Positions 19,829 through 34,423 of a stretch of DNA of 64,000 bases are shown piece after piece. Made by a program: the position numbers and the translations under genes. Each line of letters begins with the position of its first letter. The stretch's first letter is position 1. The notes under the pieces were generated by a model, which saw nothing but the letters and a program-made list of their open reading frames with translations, had not been told where the DNA came from and made no database searches. The stretch is from the human T2T-CHM13v2.0 reference genome, Homo sapiens. The stretch lies in the NCBI RefSeq assembly GCF_009914755.1, contig NC_060928.1, one strand, 5' to 3'.

Positions 19829-21828
19829 TTAATAATAAATTTCATATAGTGGCTCTTACTAATATTCACAGAGAGCTTTACATTCAAACATAAGAGGGCA
19901 CAAAATAAGCAGTTTTTTTAAAAAAACCACAAAATCGTGAGTTTTTTTAAAAATAAATATTGTTAAAAATACTGCATGCACTGATTTATTTTCTGTCTTA
20001 AAGGCTGAACTCACAGACAAGGCTGGGGAGCTAGTTGATGCAACAGCTACCTCTACTGGCTGAAGGGCATGTCGGATGTTGGCTGGGGAGTTGTCTACTA
20101 GCCTTCAGTTCTTGAATCCTTCTTGCATCCTCGCTTAGAGGAGATAAATGGTGTTAAGAAAAACCCCTGTGCTTTGGAGTCCTCTGTTTTATAAAAAGCT
20201 TTATAGGGCTTAAGATTCTGAACAAGCTTAATTAAAGCTGAGCTTTTGTTGTGCATTAGAAGTTTGGCAAAGGAAAGGCAGTTCACAAGGGAGTTGATAC
20301 ATCAATGGCCAAAACACGTATGAGAAAAGAAACGTTTGACACCACTAGCAATCAAATAATCCCAAAATGAGTGACCACTTTTCATCTGTTGAAAGATTGG
20401 TACAAGATTCATATTTGGAATAATGGCAAAAGCTTGGGGGAATGGACATACTCTACAACTACTGCCAGCTTGAGGGCCAATTAATTCAACGGTTCTGGAA
20501 GGACAGGCGGGAGGAGTCTTAAGAATGTACATACCATGTGGCCCTACAGTTCTCCCTTGTGGGGGTTTATTCTAAAGAAACAATCAGAGATATGTGCAAA
20601 GATTCTGTTGCCACGGAGTTCATGGTAGAGCTGTGTATATGAATAGCAACAAAAAACTGGAAACAAATGTCTGAAAATCAGAGACTAGTGAAATTAACCC
20701 ATAGTGCAGCCACTTTCAGATGTGGCCATTAAAATGATGTGTGGCAGGGTATTCAAAAACATAGCAAAATATTTATGCAAAAATTTCCATTCAGTGAAAA
20801 AAAAAGCAGAGTATAAAACAATGCATCTTATTTTTGCAAAACAAAAATATAACTGAACACACACATGCACACACATATACATGCAGATACAAATAAGCAG
20901 AGAAAAAAAAAACCCTAAAAATTATCACTAAAATGCTAACAATACTTATTTCTGGGTGGTGAGAATGCAGGTAATTTTTATTCTATTCTTTTTACTTATC
21001 TGATTTCCTCAATTTTTTATACGTTACCTAGCTTAAGAGTAAAACTCTATTTTATCCAGAAGTAGTTTCTTACATCTTATTTTTCATTTTAAGGAGTTGA
21101 TATTAATAACTCTTTTTTAATTTTAGCTCCACCTAGGAACTGGTTTAGGAAACGGTGGGGAAAGGTTCGGTGAGGGGGAGTAAGGGAAGCAGATTCTGAA
21201 ATTATCTTTTCTAAACTGCTAAAAGCAGCTTCTGGCAGGCAATCCCTTGGAGACCGAGAGGTGCTGGGGGACAAATTAGGATAGTTAGACCTTCAGTCAG
21301 ACATGCTGCAGGTCACAGGCCACGTGGCTGCTGAGGGAGCCAATTCGCAGGCTCTGAGATACCTAAGGCAGCTGACCAATTAGCCATGACTCAGGCTAAA
21401 GAGGGACAAAGTCAGCTAAGCAGCATCCCTTGCAGAGGCAAGCCAGATAACAAGCCTCCAAGTGCAGCTGCAACAACATCCCAAAGGATGCTTGGGGATT
21501 AGCTAACATAGCCTGCAAAATCTATGTTTGGCTACAAGAATCCTCAGAGCAGACCCAAGGCCCCAGACAGAGGGCATGCAAGGGAGGCCCAGCAGAAAGT
21601 CCCCCTCATTCTGACACAAGGTCCTCTTCCTAAGGTCTTAGAATTCTCAAGTTTCTTTAGAGACACTCTGGCCTGCACTGGTGTCTCAGTTTCCACCAGG
21701 GATTGATGAGGAAAGGAGACAGTGTAGACCTGCAAACCAAGGTCAAATATTGGACCAGTGCCCTCTAACCGTAACTGGCTGGGATGTGGCTCGTGTTTAC
21801 TAAAATGTAACAAAATGAGGTTTTTTCT

Positions 21829-22125
21829 GGCCAGGCGTGTGGTTGCTCATGCCTGTAATCCCAGAACTTTGGGAGGGTGAGGCGGGAAGATCGCTTGAGC
21901 TCTGGAGTTCAAGACCAGCCTGGGCAACAGTAGAAACCCTGTCTCTACTAAAACACAAAAAAATTAGCTCGGCATGGTGGTGCATGCCTGTAATCCCAGC
22001 CACTCGGGAGGCTGAAGCAGGAGAATCGCTCGAACACGAAAGGTGGAGGTTGCAGTGAGCCGAGACTGTGCAACTGCACTGCAGCCTGGGCGATAGAGCC
22101 AGATTCTGTCTCTAAAAAAAAAGAA
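21829..22125 (+). mobile_element. Alu
   Basis: Dimeric Alu. Confidence 0.92.
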
Positions 22126-22225
22126 TTTTTTCTTAACTGCAGAAACCAATAGGTTGGTTGTCAGAATGGGTGGGGGAGATGGAGGTTGATACTCTCTGCA
22201 AGAACATTCACAATGATAAGCTTTA

Positions 22226-22804
<579 letters not shown>

Positions 22805-22900
22805 TCAATCACCCAATGCCTGTACCACCACCATCCACGTTCACATCTACTGAGCAGTGAGCTCTAGGTGGGGGCTAGCCACTCAAGACCAGATTTCTTT

Positions 22901-23080
22901 AGCTTATTAAAACTTCTGAGACAATGCCTCTGCAGAAACCCTGTCCACATTTAGCCTTCCAGCACTTTGCTCTTGCTTAACTGTGTTTCAACAGCTTATT
23001 AAAACTTCTGAGACAATGCCTCTGCAGAAACCCTGACCATATTTAGCCTTCTAGCACTTTGCTCCTACTTGTGTTTCAAC
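22901..23080. repeat. Two-copy tandem repeat (92 bp and 88 bp)
   Basis: agcttattaaaacttctgagacaatgcctctgcagaaaccctg... starts at both 22901 and 22993. Confidence 0.95.
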
Positions 23081-24539
23081 AGACGCTATCTGAAAGTATT
23101 AATTCCAGATATTCCTACACTTACATTCATAGAACAAACATTTACTCAGCATTTTTTAATTGCAGGAAACCCAAAGACAAGCTGCAAAACTATTGTCCTT
23201 CCTTGAATTTCCTCAAGCTTTAGAAAGTCAACCAGAGCTTCAAGCTTTATTTCCAATGCACTCAAGTAAAATTGTCCCTTAGACAGCCATTTTGACAGGG
23301 AGAGGGGAATGGGTGCAGAGAGGAAGGGATTGAGAGAAAAGAAAGAATTTAAGGACACATTTGCTATCCTCCTTTCAGACCCAGCAAATGCATTTCTAGA
23401 ACTTTTATAATGATACATCTTAATAATCAATACTTTGGCTGCTTGCTGTGAATTACAAATTTGAGTACCCCTGAGCAGTTTCTCCACAATTATATTATTT
23501 TGCACGTGCTCTTTTCTGCCAATGGCTGAAGCAGCTCAGACTATAAGGATGAAAAAAAAATTCCTGGGGTCTCAGTGGAATTCAGGACCCCAGCTCTATT
23601 GCAAAAAGGTGAATTTCTTTCACCTGGAGCTATGTATGCTTACTTGCCTTGCCTCAAGCCCACTATAATCTGGCTAACCTCCTGGGTTAAGTGTTTTTGG
23701 TATACTTAAGACAAAGGACAATAAAACATGTAGCTTGCAGATAAAATAGATAAAACACATGTAGGGGTAAGGCAGAGAGAAATGAAACATGACAGCTGGT
23801 CTTTCCTTGGCTAACTTCTTCGAGTGTCCGAGGACAGCCTCAGGCATGACAACATTATCTTCTGTATTACGCTGATATAGCAAAAAGCCCTTTCCTTAAT
23901 CATGCTCCTCTTTTAAACTATCCCATATAAATCTTGGAACAACATAGAAAAGCACAAGCTCATCAAACTGACACATGTAATTTGAAAATAACTTCTAGAA
24001 TAAATTCACTCACACAAAAATGAAAAAAGGGGAGGGACTGGGACATCGATGGATGATTTAGTTCTATTACAGCAGAATAGATGGTACCAAAAAAATGTCA
24101 CGTTGGACGGTGAGGAGGCCAGCAAACATACATTTCCTATTTAACCCCTGGGGAGGGCTTGAAAGCTTGGAGAGCAGGAATGGATGGAAGTACTTTGTCC
24201 CAAATATCTTTTGAAAAAGATTTCCTCATTGTAATAGATACAAAACGTTTCTTCCTGTTGATACTAAGAGGTTTCAAATCCAGACTGAGACATACCTTTA
24301 AAAATAATTAGCTTCTGTATCAAGATTAGCAAAGATATGGAGAAATAGAAATTTATATATGGTGGGCAAGAGAGTAAATTGGTGAAACTACTTAAGAAAA
24401 CAATTGACATTGTCTTGTAAGTTGAACATGTTCTCCTATGACCTAGAGTCCCCACTCCTAAGTTTACATTCTAGGGCGACTCTTTCTATTTGCCCTATGA
24501 GATACATAAAAAATGCTCATGGCCGCATTGATCTTAAAA

Positions 24540-24670
24540 AACAAAGGAAAGAAAAGGCAAGGCAAGGCAAGGCAGAAGGGAAAAGGAAAGGAAAAGAAAG
24601 AAAAAAGAAAAGAAAAAAAGAAGGGAAAGAAAAGAGAGGAAGGAAAAGAAAAAAAGAAAAGAAAGAGAAT
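24540..24670. repeat. Purine-rich (AAAG/GCAAG) low-complexity tract
   Basis: Direct reading. Confidence 0.9.
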
Positions 24671-24766
24671 CCAAATATTCATTAACAAGAGAACTGGGAA
24701 ATAAATTGTGATCTGTTACAGCAGTGAATATGAATGAGCTACAGGTACATGCATCAAAATGTGTGA

Positions 24767-25078
<312 letters not shown>

Positions 25079-26560
25079 AAGATGTGTGAATCTTAGGAGC
25101 ATTATGTTAAGTAAAAAAAAGCAGTTGAAGAATTATATGTTATATAAAGTAATTATAATCATATAAAGGTCAGAAATAAGCCAAACTAAATCCATTTCTT
25201 AGGAATATATTCATATATAGCAAAAATATAAAGAGGGCAAGGGGCAGATCAACAAGAAGCTAGGATGATGGTTACTTCTGGGTACTGGGGGTAGGATGGG
25301 ATTTAATCTGGGAGGGACAGCAGGGGCTTCACTAGCACTGGCCATGTTTATTTTTTTAAGTAGAGTGATAGCTTTATGGCTGTTCATTTTATTGTCACTC
25401 TTTGGAGGTTATGTATGTATCATATATACTTCATACATATCAATGATTACATGATAAAAGAAGAGAAAAGCCACCCTACTGACTCATGCCACATCTTCCG
25501 TTCAAATGCTCGGCTCCTTTTGAACTAACTCCCCTTTCAGGCTCTCCCTTCTATTCACCATACACAGCTGTTTGATAAGCATCTTAGAAACAGGCTCTGT
25601 CATGTAACTACGCTCTCCAAAATGATCAATGCCTCCCCACTGCTTCATGAATTAAATAAAAAACTATTGATGGCTCCCCACTGCTTCACAAACGCATAAT
25701 CTGCCATTCAAAATTCCATGAAGTAGCACCTCTTTGGTTTCATTATATATCCCTCTCAAGTTTTACCCACATGGCATAGTATTTTGTAGACTCTCTTTGC
25801 TTTTGTTCCTGCAATTCCCTACACCATAAATGCTGTTCCCTGCCTGGCTAAGTGGAAATTCCACCCATCCTTCAAGACCACCTCATCCATTACTTCTATC
25901 ATGAAGGCTGTCCCAAGCTTCCCAAACCAGGCATCTTTTCCTCCTAAGTACCCCCAGTGATCTTTACATACTGCTCACGGCCCTTGAGCTATAATTGTTC
26001 CCTCTATTCACCTTAGTTCATTCAATCAGTAGTTTCCAAACACTTTCCAGGCACCCCAGTGTGTAAGGAACTGGGATAGAAGTTATCAGGCAATTGACAT
26101 GTAAAAAGCAATCATGATCCATGGAAGAACAAAAGGAAATAAGGAGTTAGGTAGGATTCCGGGGCAGAGGAAAAAGCCAGCGCAAGGGCTCAGAGATCAG
26201 ATAGAATATGGGCCACATGAGAACCTGCCTGCAGAAGAGATGAGGCAGCAAATTTCCCTAAGCCCTATTTGAGGCATCTCTCGAAACCTGTGGCCAGGCA
26301 ACCTGCATTTAAATGTACTCAGTAAAATCTGCGGAACTGAATCCAAACTCACAAAGGGTACAGGACACACTTCAGGTCTCCTTTCTCCTTCCCCCAACCA
26401 ACCAACCAACCAATCAACCAACCAACCACCCAAACAGAAAACCATGATGAGGCTGAGTATTAAGAAAGAGAACAAGCCACAGAAATCTTAATTCATCTAG
26501 GCCTTCGCAGCAGCTTTTACAATATGCTAAAGTGCTTTGTGATATTAAATTCAAAAGCAG

Positions 26561-26850
26561 GGCCCAGGTGAGGTGGCTCATGCCTGTAATCCCAACACTT
26601 TGGGAGGCCAAGGTGGTGAATCACCTGAGGTCAGGAGTTCAAGACCAGCCTGGCCAACATGAAGAAACCCTCTCTACTAAAAATACAAAAATTATCTGGG
26701 CATGGTGGTGGGCACCTGTAATCCCAGCTACTCAGGAGAATTGCTTGAACCCGGCAGGCGGAGGCTGCAGTGAGCCAAGATCGTGCCACTGCACCCTAGC
26801 CTGGGTGACAGAGTGAGACTTCATCTCAAAAAAGCTTCAAAACAACAAAA
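26561..26850 (+). mobile_element. AluS with small internal deletions
   Basis: Dimeric Alu. Confidence 0.9.
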
Positions 26851-28258
26851 GTAGGCAAGAAAGCTAAGGAACTAACAAAGACTCTATGAGAAAAACAGTG
26901 TCAGACATCATGGGGGCAGGGGTGGGTTGGGGAGGAGTGTTTACAGGAGTGCTCTTCCTTTGGGAAAACCCCAAAAATAAACACTCCGATATCTGAATGT
27001 TTAGTTCATCCTAAGAAGTTTGTAGGGAGCAGAGGGTGGGAGGTTGGGAAAGCGAGAAGCAGAGAATGAGTTAAAGTCAAATTTGGGAGTTTTATGAACT
27101 GAAGTTCACTTGAGAAACAAGATAAAGCATCACAAAAATTGTAAGGTACATTTACGATGGGGAAACAGTAACTTTCTGAAAAAAATCTCTTTTTGATTGT
27201 GCAAAGTGAGGCCACAGGTAATAAACTTTCACAGGATGATGATAATAAAAATTTGCATTTGGTGCTTTCTTCATTGGCCTCATTTCTCCTACACTTTCTA
27301 ATTTAAGATTCTTACTCATTGAGATGCTATCTGTTGGTTGCGTGTGCAGCCATGGACTAAAAGGGAAAATGTCATTCTTTTGAACTTACACTTTAATTTT
27401 TAATTAAGGTTCAAATCAGAGTATGATCAATGCTGAGTCTCATCTAATGTCTTTGAGGCAGTGGACTGAGGACTTTTTTTAGTTATTACTGAAATATCCA
27501 CATCATTTAGGCAATAAAGCAGCCAAGAAAATGTGACCCAAGTTAAAACAACAATGGAATGCTAGAACTGATAGAAAAAAATAAAAGAAAGAAGACTGGT
27601 CAAGTTAGGAGAGGGGTCCCTTATTTGTAAAATCTATGAGTAACAGCAAACAGGGAACATTTGTGGGTCCTCATACACCATGTTTCATCCCATAAAGAAC
27701 AAGATGAGATTTGCTAACTCCACCAGAAGGTTAGGAAGGAGGGCATCTGTTTGTTTGTGCCATTGGATACTGGACTTCCAACAATCCCAGGCTCCTAGTC
27801 ATGGCAGATGCAGTAAAACATCTATGGAAGAGGTGGCCTGAACCTTAAACACTGATCTCTCTTCTTGCTAGGAACAAGGTAGAAATTCTGGACTTTCTGT
27901 GGCCTGGAAATAAAAAGCAGAGAGTCTCACCTAAGATCCCCTATGCTGTCTCCAGACCAGACTCTAAAACCAAGAGGGGCAAGCTTAAAGGAAAGAGAAA
28001 TCAATGTATTTGTATATCTTTCTCAACTTGATGAGTGTGAACAATTCCCCTAGAGAACAAATTTTTGTGTATAATTAAACATGGAAATGCTATGTTTTCC
28101 AATCAACAGCCAATCAGTCCATGATACTCTGAATATCATTACTGGGAGCTGTGATTTCCCTGCAAATTGCTTTCTCAGTTGCATTTTAAGACTCCATTTC
28201 ATAAGACTATACTGACAGACAGGGAAAAAAGTTTGCTCTAACGTGGATCCCAAGCTTA

Positions 28259-28387
<129 letters not shown>

Positions 28388-28749
28388 TTAATAAAATGTT
28401 TTTCTTCATATGCTCTCAATAAATCCCACTTGGGGAATATTTTGCTAGTTAGAATTTTTATAGAGCAACAAACCAGAACTGAATGTTAAGGTAAAGAAAA
28501 TGCATTCTGAGAGCTTTTCATTTAGTGCCCTTTCTTATGAATGATTAGGAGTTGTCTTTTATGGAAACAAAGACATGTAAGATACATAATGAAATATATC
28601 CACCAATATGAAAAAATATAATCTCTACCAAGAGTTCTAGTACTCTATTAAGTCATGTTTACTGACTTATTATTAGCTTTCCCTATTTTGCTTTGTTCCC
28701 TAATTTATTAGGGGTTTATTAGTAATGAGCTAGTCTGTTATAATCTTTA

Positions 28750-29690
28750 GATTTATAACTACTAAAATAATAGTTTAAGAATGCATAACTAAAAAGCTAA
28801 CAGAAGGGGAAGTAGAATAATTTTTTTAAATACTTGATTAATACAAAGGAAGGGTAAGAAAAGAGATTAAAAAAAGGCACAAAACCCCCCCCACAGATGT
28901 GACAAATAGAAAATAAACAGGAAAATGGTATATTTAAAACCAAACATATCCATAATTACATTAAATGTAAATGGACAAAATACACCAATTAAAGATGAAA
29001 ATTTAAAAATACAAAAAATAAAAATACAAAATTTTAAAAATTAAAAAATACAAATACCCAATTACATGCTGCTTACAAGAGCCATGCATTGACATTTAAG
29101 AATGAAGAAAAGTTGAAAGCAAAAAAATGGAAAAAGATAAATCATACAAACTCTAACATTAAAATCAGGTATAACTATATGATCATCAGAAAAAATAGAC
29201 TTTAAGGCAAGAACCATCAACAGAGATAAAGAAGACATTGTAAAATGATAAAGGGATCAACTACAAAGACAAAACAATTCTAAATCTATGTGATCTAATA
29301 GCATAGATTCAAGATATATAATGCAAAATTGACAGAACTAAAAGGAGAGGTAGGTAAGTCCACAAATATAGTTGGAGATTTTAATATACTTCTTTCAGTA
29401 ACTGAACTAACAAGCAGAAAAATAAACATCAGAAAGGATGGGGAGGCTCTGAATAATGTAATTAACAAACTTGATGTAACTGATATATATGTAGATGTTG
29501 ATCCAGCAAGTTCAGAAAGTACACTCTTTTCAAAAAGCCATAAAACATATACCAAAATTGACCATATACCAATCATAAAGCACACTTTGACAAATTTCAA
29601 AGGATTGGAATCATTCAGAATATATTCTCTGATCACAGTGAAATTAAGCTAGAAATCATTAACAAGAGGATAACAGAAAATCCACAAAAC
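28750..29690 (+). mobile_element. Old L1M fragment covering the ORF2 endonuclease region
   Basis: Track ORF 29329-29652 reads IVGDFNILLS...TYTKIDHI, the L1 APE-endonuclease motifs, degraded. Confidence 0.88.
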
Positions 29691-29854
29691 ATGAATATTC
29701 ATGTCAAATATACTAAATAACAATGATAAAAAACTTCAAGTCAGTCTAAGTCAAGTTTATCACCAAGGTCAGGTCAGGTTGAATTTGAACCCAAATGTGT
29801 TATGAAGAACAATCTTTTGGAGAGCCAGGGTATCAGTGTGAGGGTGGCCTAAAA

Positions 29855-30056
29855 CAGAGGTCGACAAACTTTTTCTGTAAAGAGCAGGATAGTAAATATC
29901 TTAAGCTTTGTGGGCCACATATAGTCTCTGTTGCATATTCTTCTTTATTTGTTTTATAACTCCTCAAGAATGTAAAAAGCATTCTTAGCTCTTGGAGCCA
30001 TACAAAACAGGTACCAAGCTACATTTCATCTATGGGTCATGGTTTGACAACTCCTG
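29855..30056. mobile_element. MER58A-like hAT MITE
   Basis: Imperfect terminal inverted repeats cagaggtcgacaaact / ggtttgacaactcctg. Confidence 0.75.
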
Positions 30057-30990
30057 TAAAACATTTTCAGATCTGCAAGACCTCAAAAATGTGCCTCCCA
30101 TTCACCATACCTCAGGAACCTACTATTGGATGTGCTCCACCAAAATTTAAGTGCAGACCAAGAAAGAGAAAGAAAGGGGTCTGACAAAGAAGAGAACCAA
30201 AAAAGACACAGATGGAGGGAAAGTAAATACCCATAATGATGACAGTTAATCTCAGCATGACAGCATTGTCCTGAACAAAGACTCCAGGATGGATGTCACC
30301 AAGAAGGTTAAATTAATATAATATTTAGATAGGTCTGGACATACCGAGAGGAAATTCAGGCACCTGGAGGAGAATTTGGAGATCAAATACATAGAAAATG
30401 ATAAGTATACAGAAAGCTTAGCAAATAAACAATAAAAAATAAGTAGCAATCCATAGAAAAGAAAAAGTTGTGCAAGAAAGGAAAAGTAATCAGAGTATAC
30501 TACATGGCTCAGTTAGAAATAGCATTTACATGGTCATAATAATGTAAACCCTGATACTAATGTAACCAAAATGATATACTTATTGGGAAGATGAAAGATG
30601 GCAGGAAGTATGAGTGAGCTGAGTAGTGGGAGGTGGCAGAGTCAAAGAAAACTACATCTTTATCCTTCGCAGTGGGACATCATTAGACAATGCCTCGGAT
30701 GAAAATACCAAGAAATAGTGGTATAAGCATGTTATTTAGAAATAGAGACAAATAAAAAATAAATAAAATAAAATAAATCTTTCAAAAAAGATTGAAAGTG
30801 ATTCATTCTAGGGAGCAGAAAATAGAGTCTAGGGGTGGGATGAAGTGAGGTAGGCAAGGATTTCTTGTTTAGCCTTTGTCAAATTATTTTTAAATTTTTA
30901 ATTAAAATTTTTAATTTTGTCTTGTCAAATTACATGACTTTTAAAACTACATGCATGTATAACTGGTAAAAATAAAGAACTCAACTTAAA
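30057..30990 (+). mobile_element. HAL1 or old L1-derived fragment
   Basis: L1 ORF1-tail-like start and an A-rich 3' end. Family assigned from recall. Confidence 0.5.
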
Positions 30991-31057
30991 AAATGCTCAG
31001 GCACAGAGAATATAGGATATGGCTTTCCCTTCAAATGCAACGTTTGACAGAGTCTTA

Positions 31058-31219
<162 letters not shown>

Positions 31220-32039
31220 CTAGCTGGGCTGGTTTCGCCAGAGACAAGGTGGTGAGATGCTTTAAGCCTGATATGATTACAGGCTTATAACTTCTGATAG
31301 CTTTAAAACCAGGGCAAGCAACAATTCCAGGAAGACAGCCAATCACAGAAGTCAGCCTCTGAGATGTATGACCTTGCCTCATCTATTCTGTTGATTAAGT
31401 TTACCCAATAAATAAGACAACATGTAATTATGAATACCATTGCCATCTCATTTGATCCTCACATAACCCCCTGAAGGCTAGATAGAAGACTATATCAGAA
31501 GTCAAACCAGGTGAAAATCCAGGCATTTGCTTTCCTAACCCTGCTTAATACCTTTCTTCAAACTCATGTGCGAAAACTGCATTTCCAGTAGGAAGGTGAG
31601 AATTAGAATGTGACAATAAGAAATCTTCACTCACAGATGTCTTGGGAGGGTTAGCACACATTTGCTATGCATAAAAATATACTGCCTCTTATGTCATCAG
31701 AGACAGGTAGAGGGAAAAAATAAGACAAACATGTAGATGGGTATATTTCCACAGATTACTCTTATTTTTCTGAGGCAGTTGGCTATTGTTTTTTGAAAGC
31801 ATGGGTGTTGAAGTTAGGCAGGCTTGGTTCAAATCCCAACTCTGCTCCTTACTAGCTGTGTGGACTTGGGCATGTTGGTTAATCTCTCCAAACCTAATTT
31901 CCTTCCACTAAAAAATGTGCCTTCAGATAGCACCTAGAGTGAAGGGTTGTTGTAAGGATTAAATGAGATAACACATTCTCAAGGTTTAGCACAGTGCTTC
32001 AAAAAGAATAATCTTCCAATTCTTCCCCTCCTACCCCCA

Positions 32040-33325
32040 AATCTGCTGCTGCCACAATCTTGTTCCTCCCAATAAATGCCACTTCCATTCTTCCAACGCA
32101 ACAAATGCCAAACACCTTGGAGTCACCCCTGACTCTTCTCCACCTCTCACACCCCACATTCAACCCCTCAGCAAATCCTGCTGCCTCGACCTTCCAAATA
32201 CATGTAGAACCCAGTTTCAGCCCCTCCACTGACACTGCCCTGGTCTCGCCCACTGCCCTCTCTCACTTGGATCCAATGCATGAACCCCCTGCTCCTGTCC
32301 ATGTCTCCGGTAGGCAGGATCCAGGAGGAACCTTTTAAAATACAGCCCATCGTTGCCCCATTGAACATTGCCCAGTGGTTTCCCATTTCATTCAGAGCAG
32401 AAACTGAGTCTCAGACTGGTCGGCTTCCTCCCTGGTCCTATCTCCCACCCTCTCCATCTCTTCTGCTTTCCACTCCACTCCCCTGGCCTCCCTGCTGCTC
32501 CTCTAGCACACCAAGCCTGCTTCCTTCTCAGGGCCTTTGCACTGCCTGCTCCTTCCTTCTGGAATGTTCTCCTAGATATCTGTAAGATTCCTTTAGGAGT
32601 CTATACAATATCACCTTATGAGAGAGGCCTTCCTTGGTTCCCTGGTTTCCCTTATAAAATAGCATTTCCCAATCTCCACCCCCTCATCCTACATATATAT
32701 AAAATATATAAATAATATATATAAATAAAAAATTATATATAAACTATATATAAATAAAAAATAAAATACACATAAATAAAATATATATAAATAATATATA
32801 TATATTTTATATATATATATTTTTGAGATGGAGTCTTGCTCTGTCGCTCAGGCTGGAGTACAGTGGCACAATCTTAGCTCACTACAACCTCTGCCTCCGG
32901 GGTTCCAGTGATTCTCCTGCCTCAGCCTCTCGAGTGCCTGAGATTACAACCATGCACCACCACACCTGGATAATTTCTGTATTTTTAGTGATGAGGGTTT
33001 GTATTTTTAGAGACGGAGTTTTAAAATGTTGGCCAGGCTGGTCTTGAACTCCTGAGCTCAAGTGATCTGCCTGCCTCAGCCTCCCAAAGTGATGGGATTA
33101 CAGGTGTGAACCACCACTCTCAGCCCTCCTGAACTTGTTTTAGTTCTCTGCATAGCACTGATCTTCACCTCCCCTCCTATTATATATTTATTTGTTTATT
33201 GTCTTTTCCATCTGGTGGAATGAAAGCTTCATAAGATCAGGGACTGTTTTGCCTGCTACTATGTCCTCAGTGTTCAGAAGGGTGCCTGGCACTGGGTGGG
33301 TATTCACCACATTTTGTTAAATGTA
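32040..33325. mobile_element. L2 fragment interrupted by a TA-rich tract (32692-32820) and a minus-strand Alu (32821-33127)
   Basis: L2 motifs ctcagggcctttgcactgc and gtgcctggcac, plus a reverse Alu. Confidence 0.8.
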
Positions 33326-33335
33326 GCGGAGCTCA

Positions 33336-33533
33336 GGACCAGGCACAGTGGCTCACACCTGTAATCCCAGAACTTTGGGTGGTGGAGGTGGGCGGATCAC
33401 TTGAGGCCAGGAGTTCAAGACCAGCCTGGACAACATGGCAAAACCTCATCTCTACTAAAAATACAAAAATTAACCAGGCGTGGTGGTGCACGCCTGTAAT
33501 CCCAGTTACTCCAGAGGCTGAGGCATGAGAATC
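33336..33533 (+). mobile_element. 3'-truncated Alu
   Basis: Stops after gcatgagaatcg with no poly(A). Confidence 0.88.
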
Positions 33534-34210
33534 GTTTTTATTTTTAACGATTTTTATTATCAACATTATTATTAATAGAGTGGGCTTCCACTGTGCACTA
33601 GGCCAGGTCCTCACTCCACTAAGTGTGTGACCCTACGTTACTTAACTTCGCAGAACCTCAGTCACTTGTCTGAAAAATGGACATAACCAGAGTATTAATA
33701 GCTATTTCAGAGGAGAATTAGGATTACATAAGAGGGCACATGGTAGGGTGTTTTGCATGGTGCTTGGCACAGAGGAAATGCTTAATCAACACTAAAGATT
33801 GCCATTGTGTTTTCATTATTATTAAAACTGGTTTCACACCAGGCAATCCTATCTGGACTTAGTTCTCTTTGCTTCTAGCAAGATCAGTCTCTGCTCCATC
33901 TCACGCTTATTCCTGTCCTGCGTCATCTCCCACTCTTCCCTCTAGCTCAAGCCTCCCTCCTCCAAGAAGCCTTCCTGGCTGCTTTGGCTTTCACTGTTTC
34001 CCAGCTCCAGAGCTTTGGGTCATGCCATTTGCCACACACTTGGCACTTGGCTAGATGCCACCCTTTCCTCTTCACTATCTTGTTTTCCTACGAGACCCTC
34101 TGAGCTCCTCGAGGACAGGGACTGTGTCTGGGGTTGGGTCTGGTGCACACAGTGTACCTTCAACAAATGCTTCATGATCAAGTGACTGACTAGTTGCAGA
34201 GTGGGTCTCA

Positions 34211-34423
<213 letters not shown>

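Noticed and set aside
22901-23080. CRISPR-like array
   Set aside because: Only two adjacent ~90-bp copies with no spacers, in a eukaryotic intron.
29329-29652. Endonuclease-like ORF as a domesticated gene
   Set aside because: Short degraded L1 ORF2 piece with flanking stops and frameshifts.
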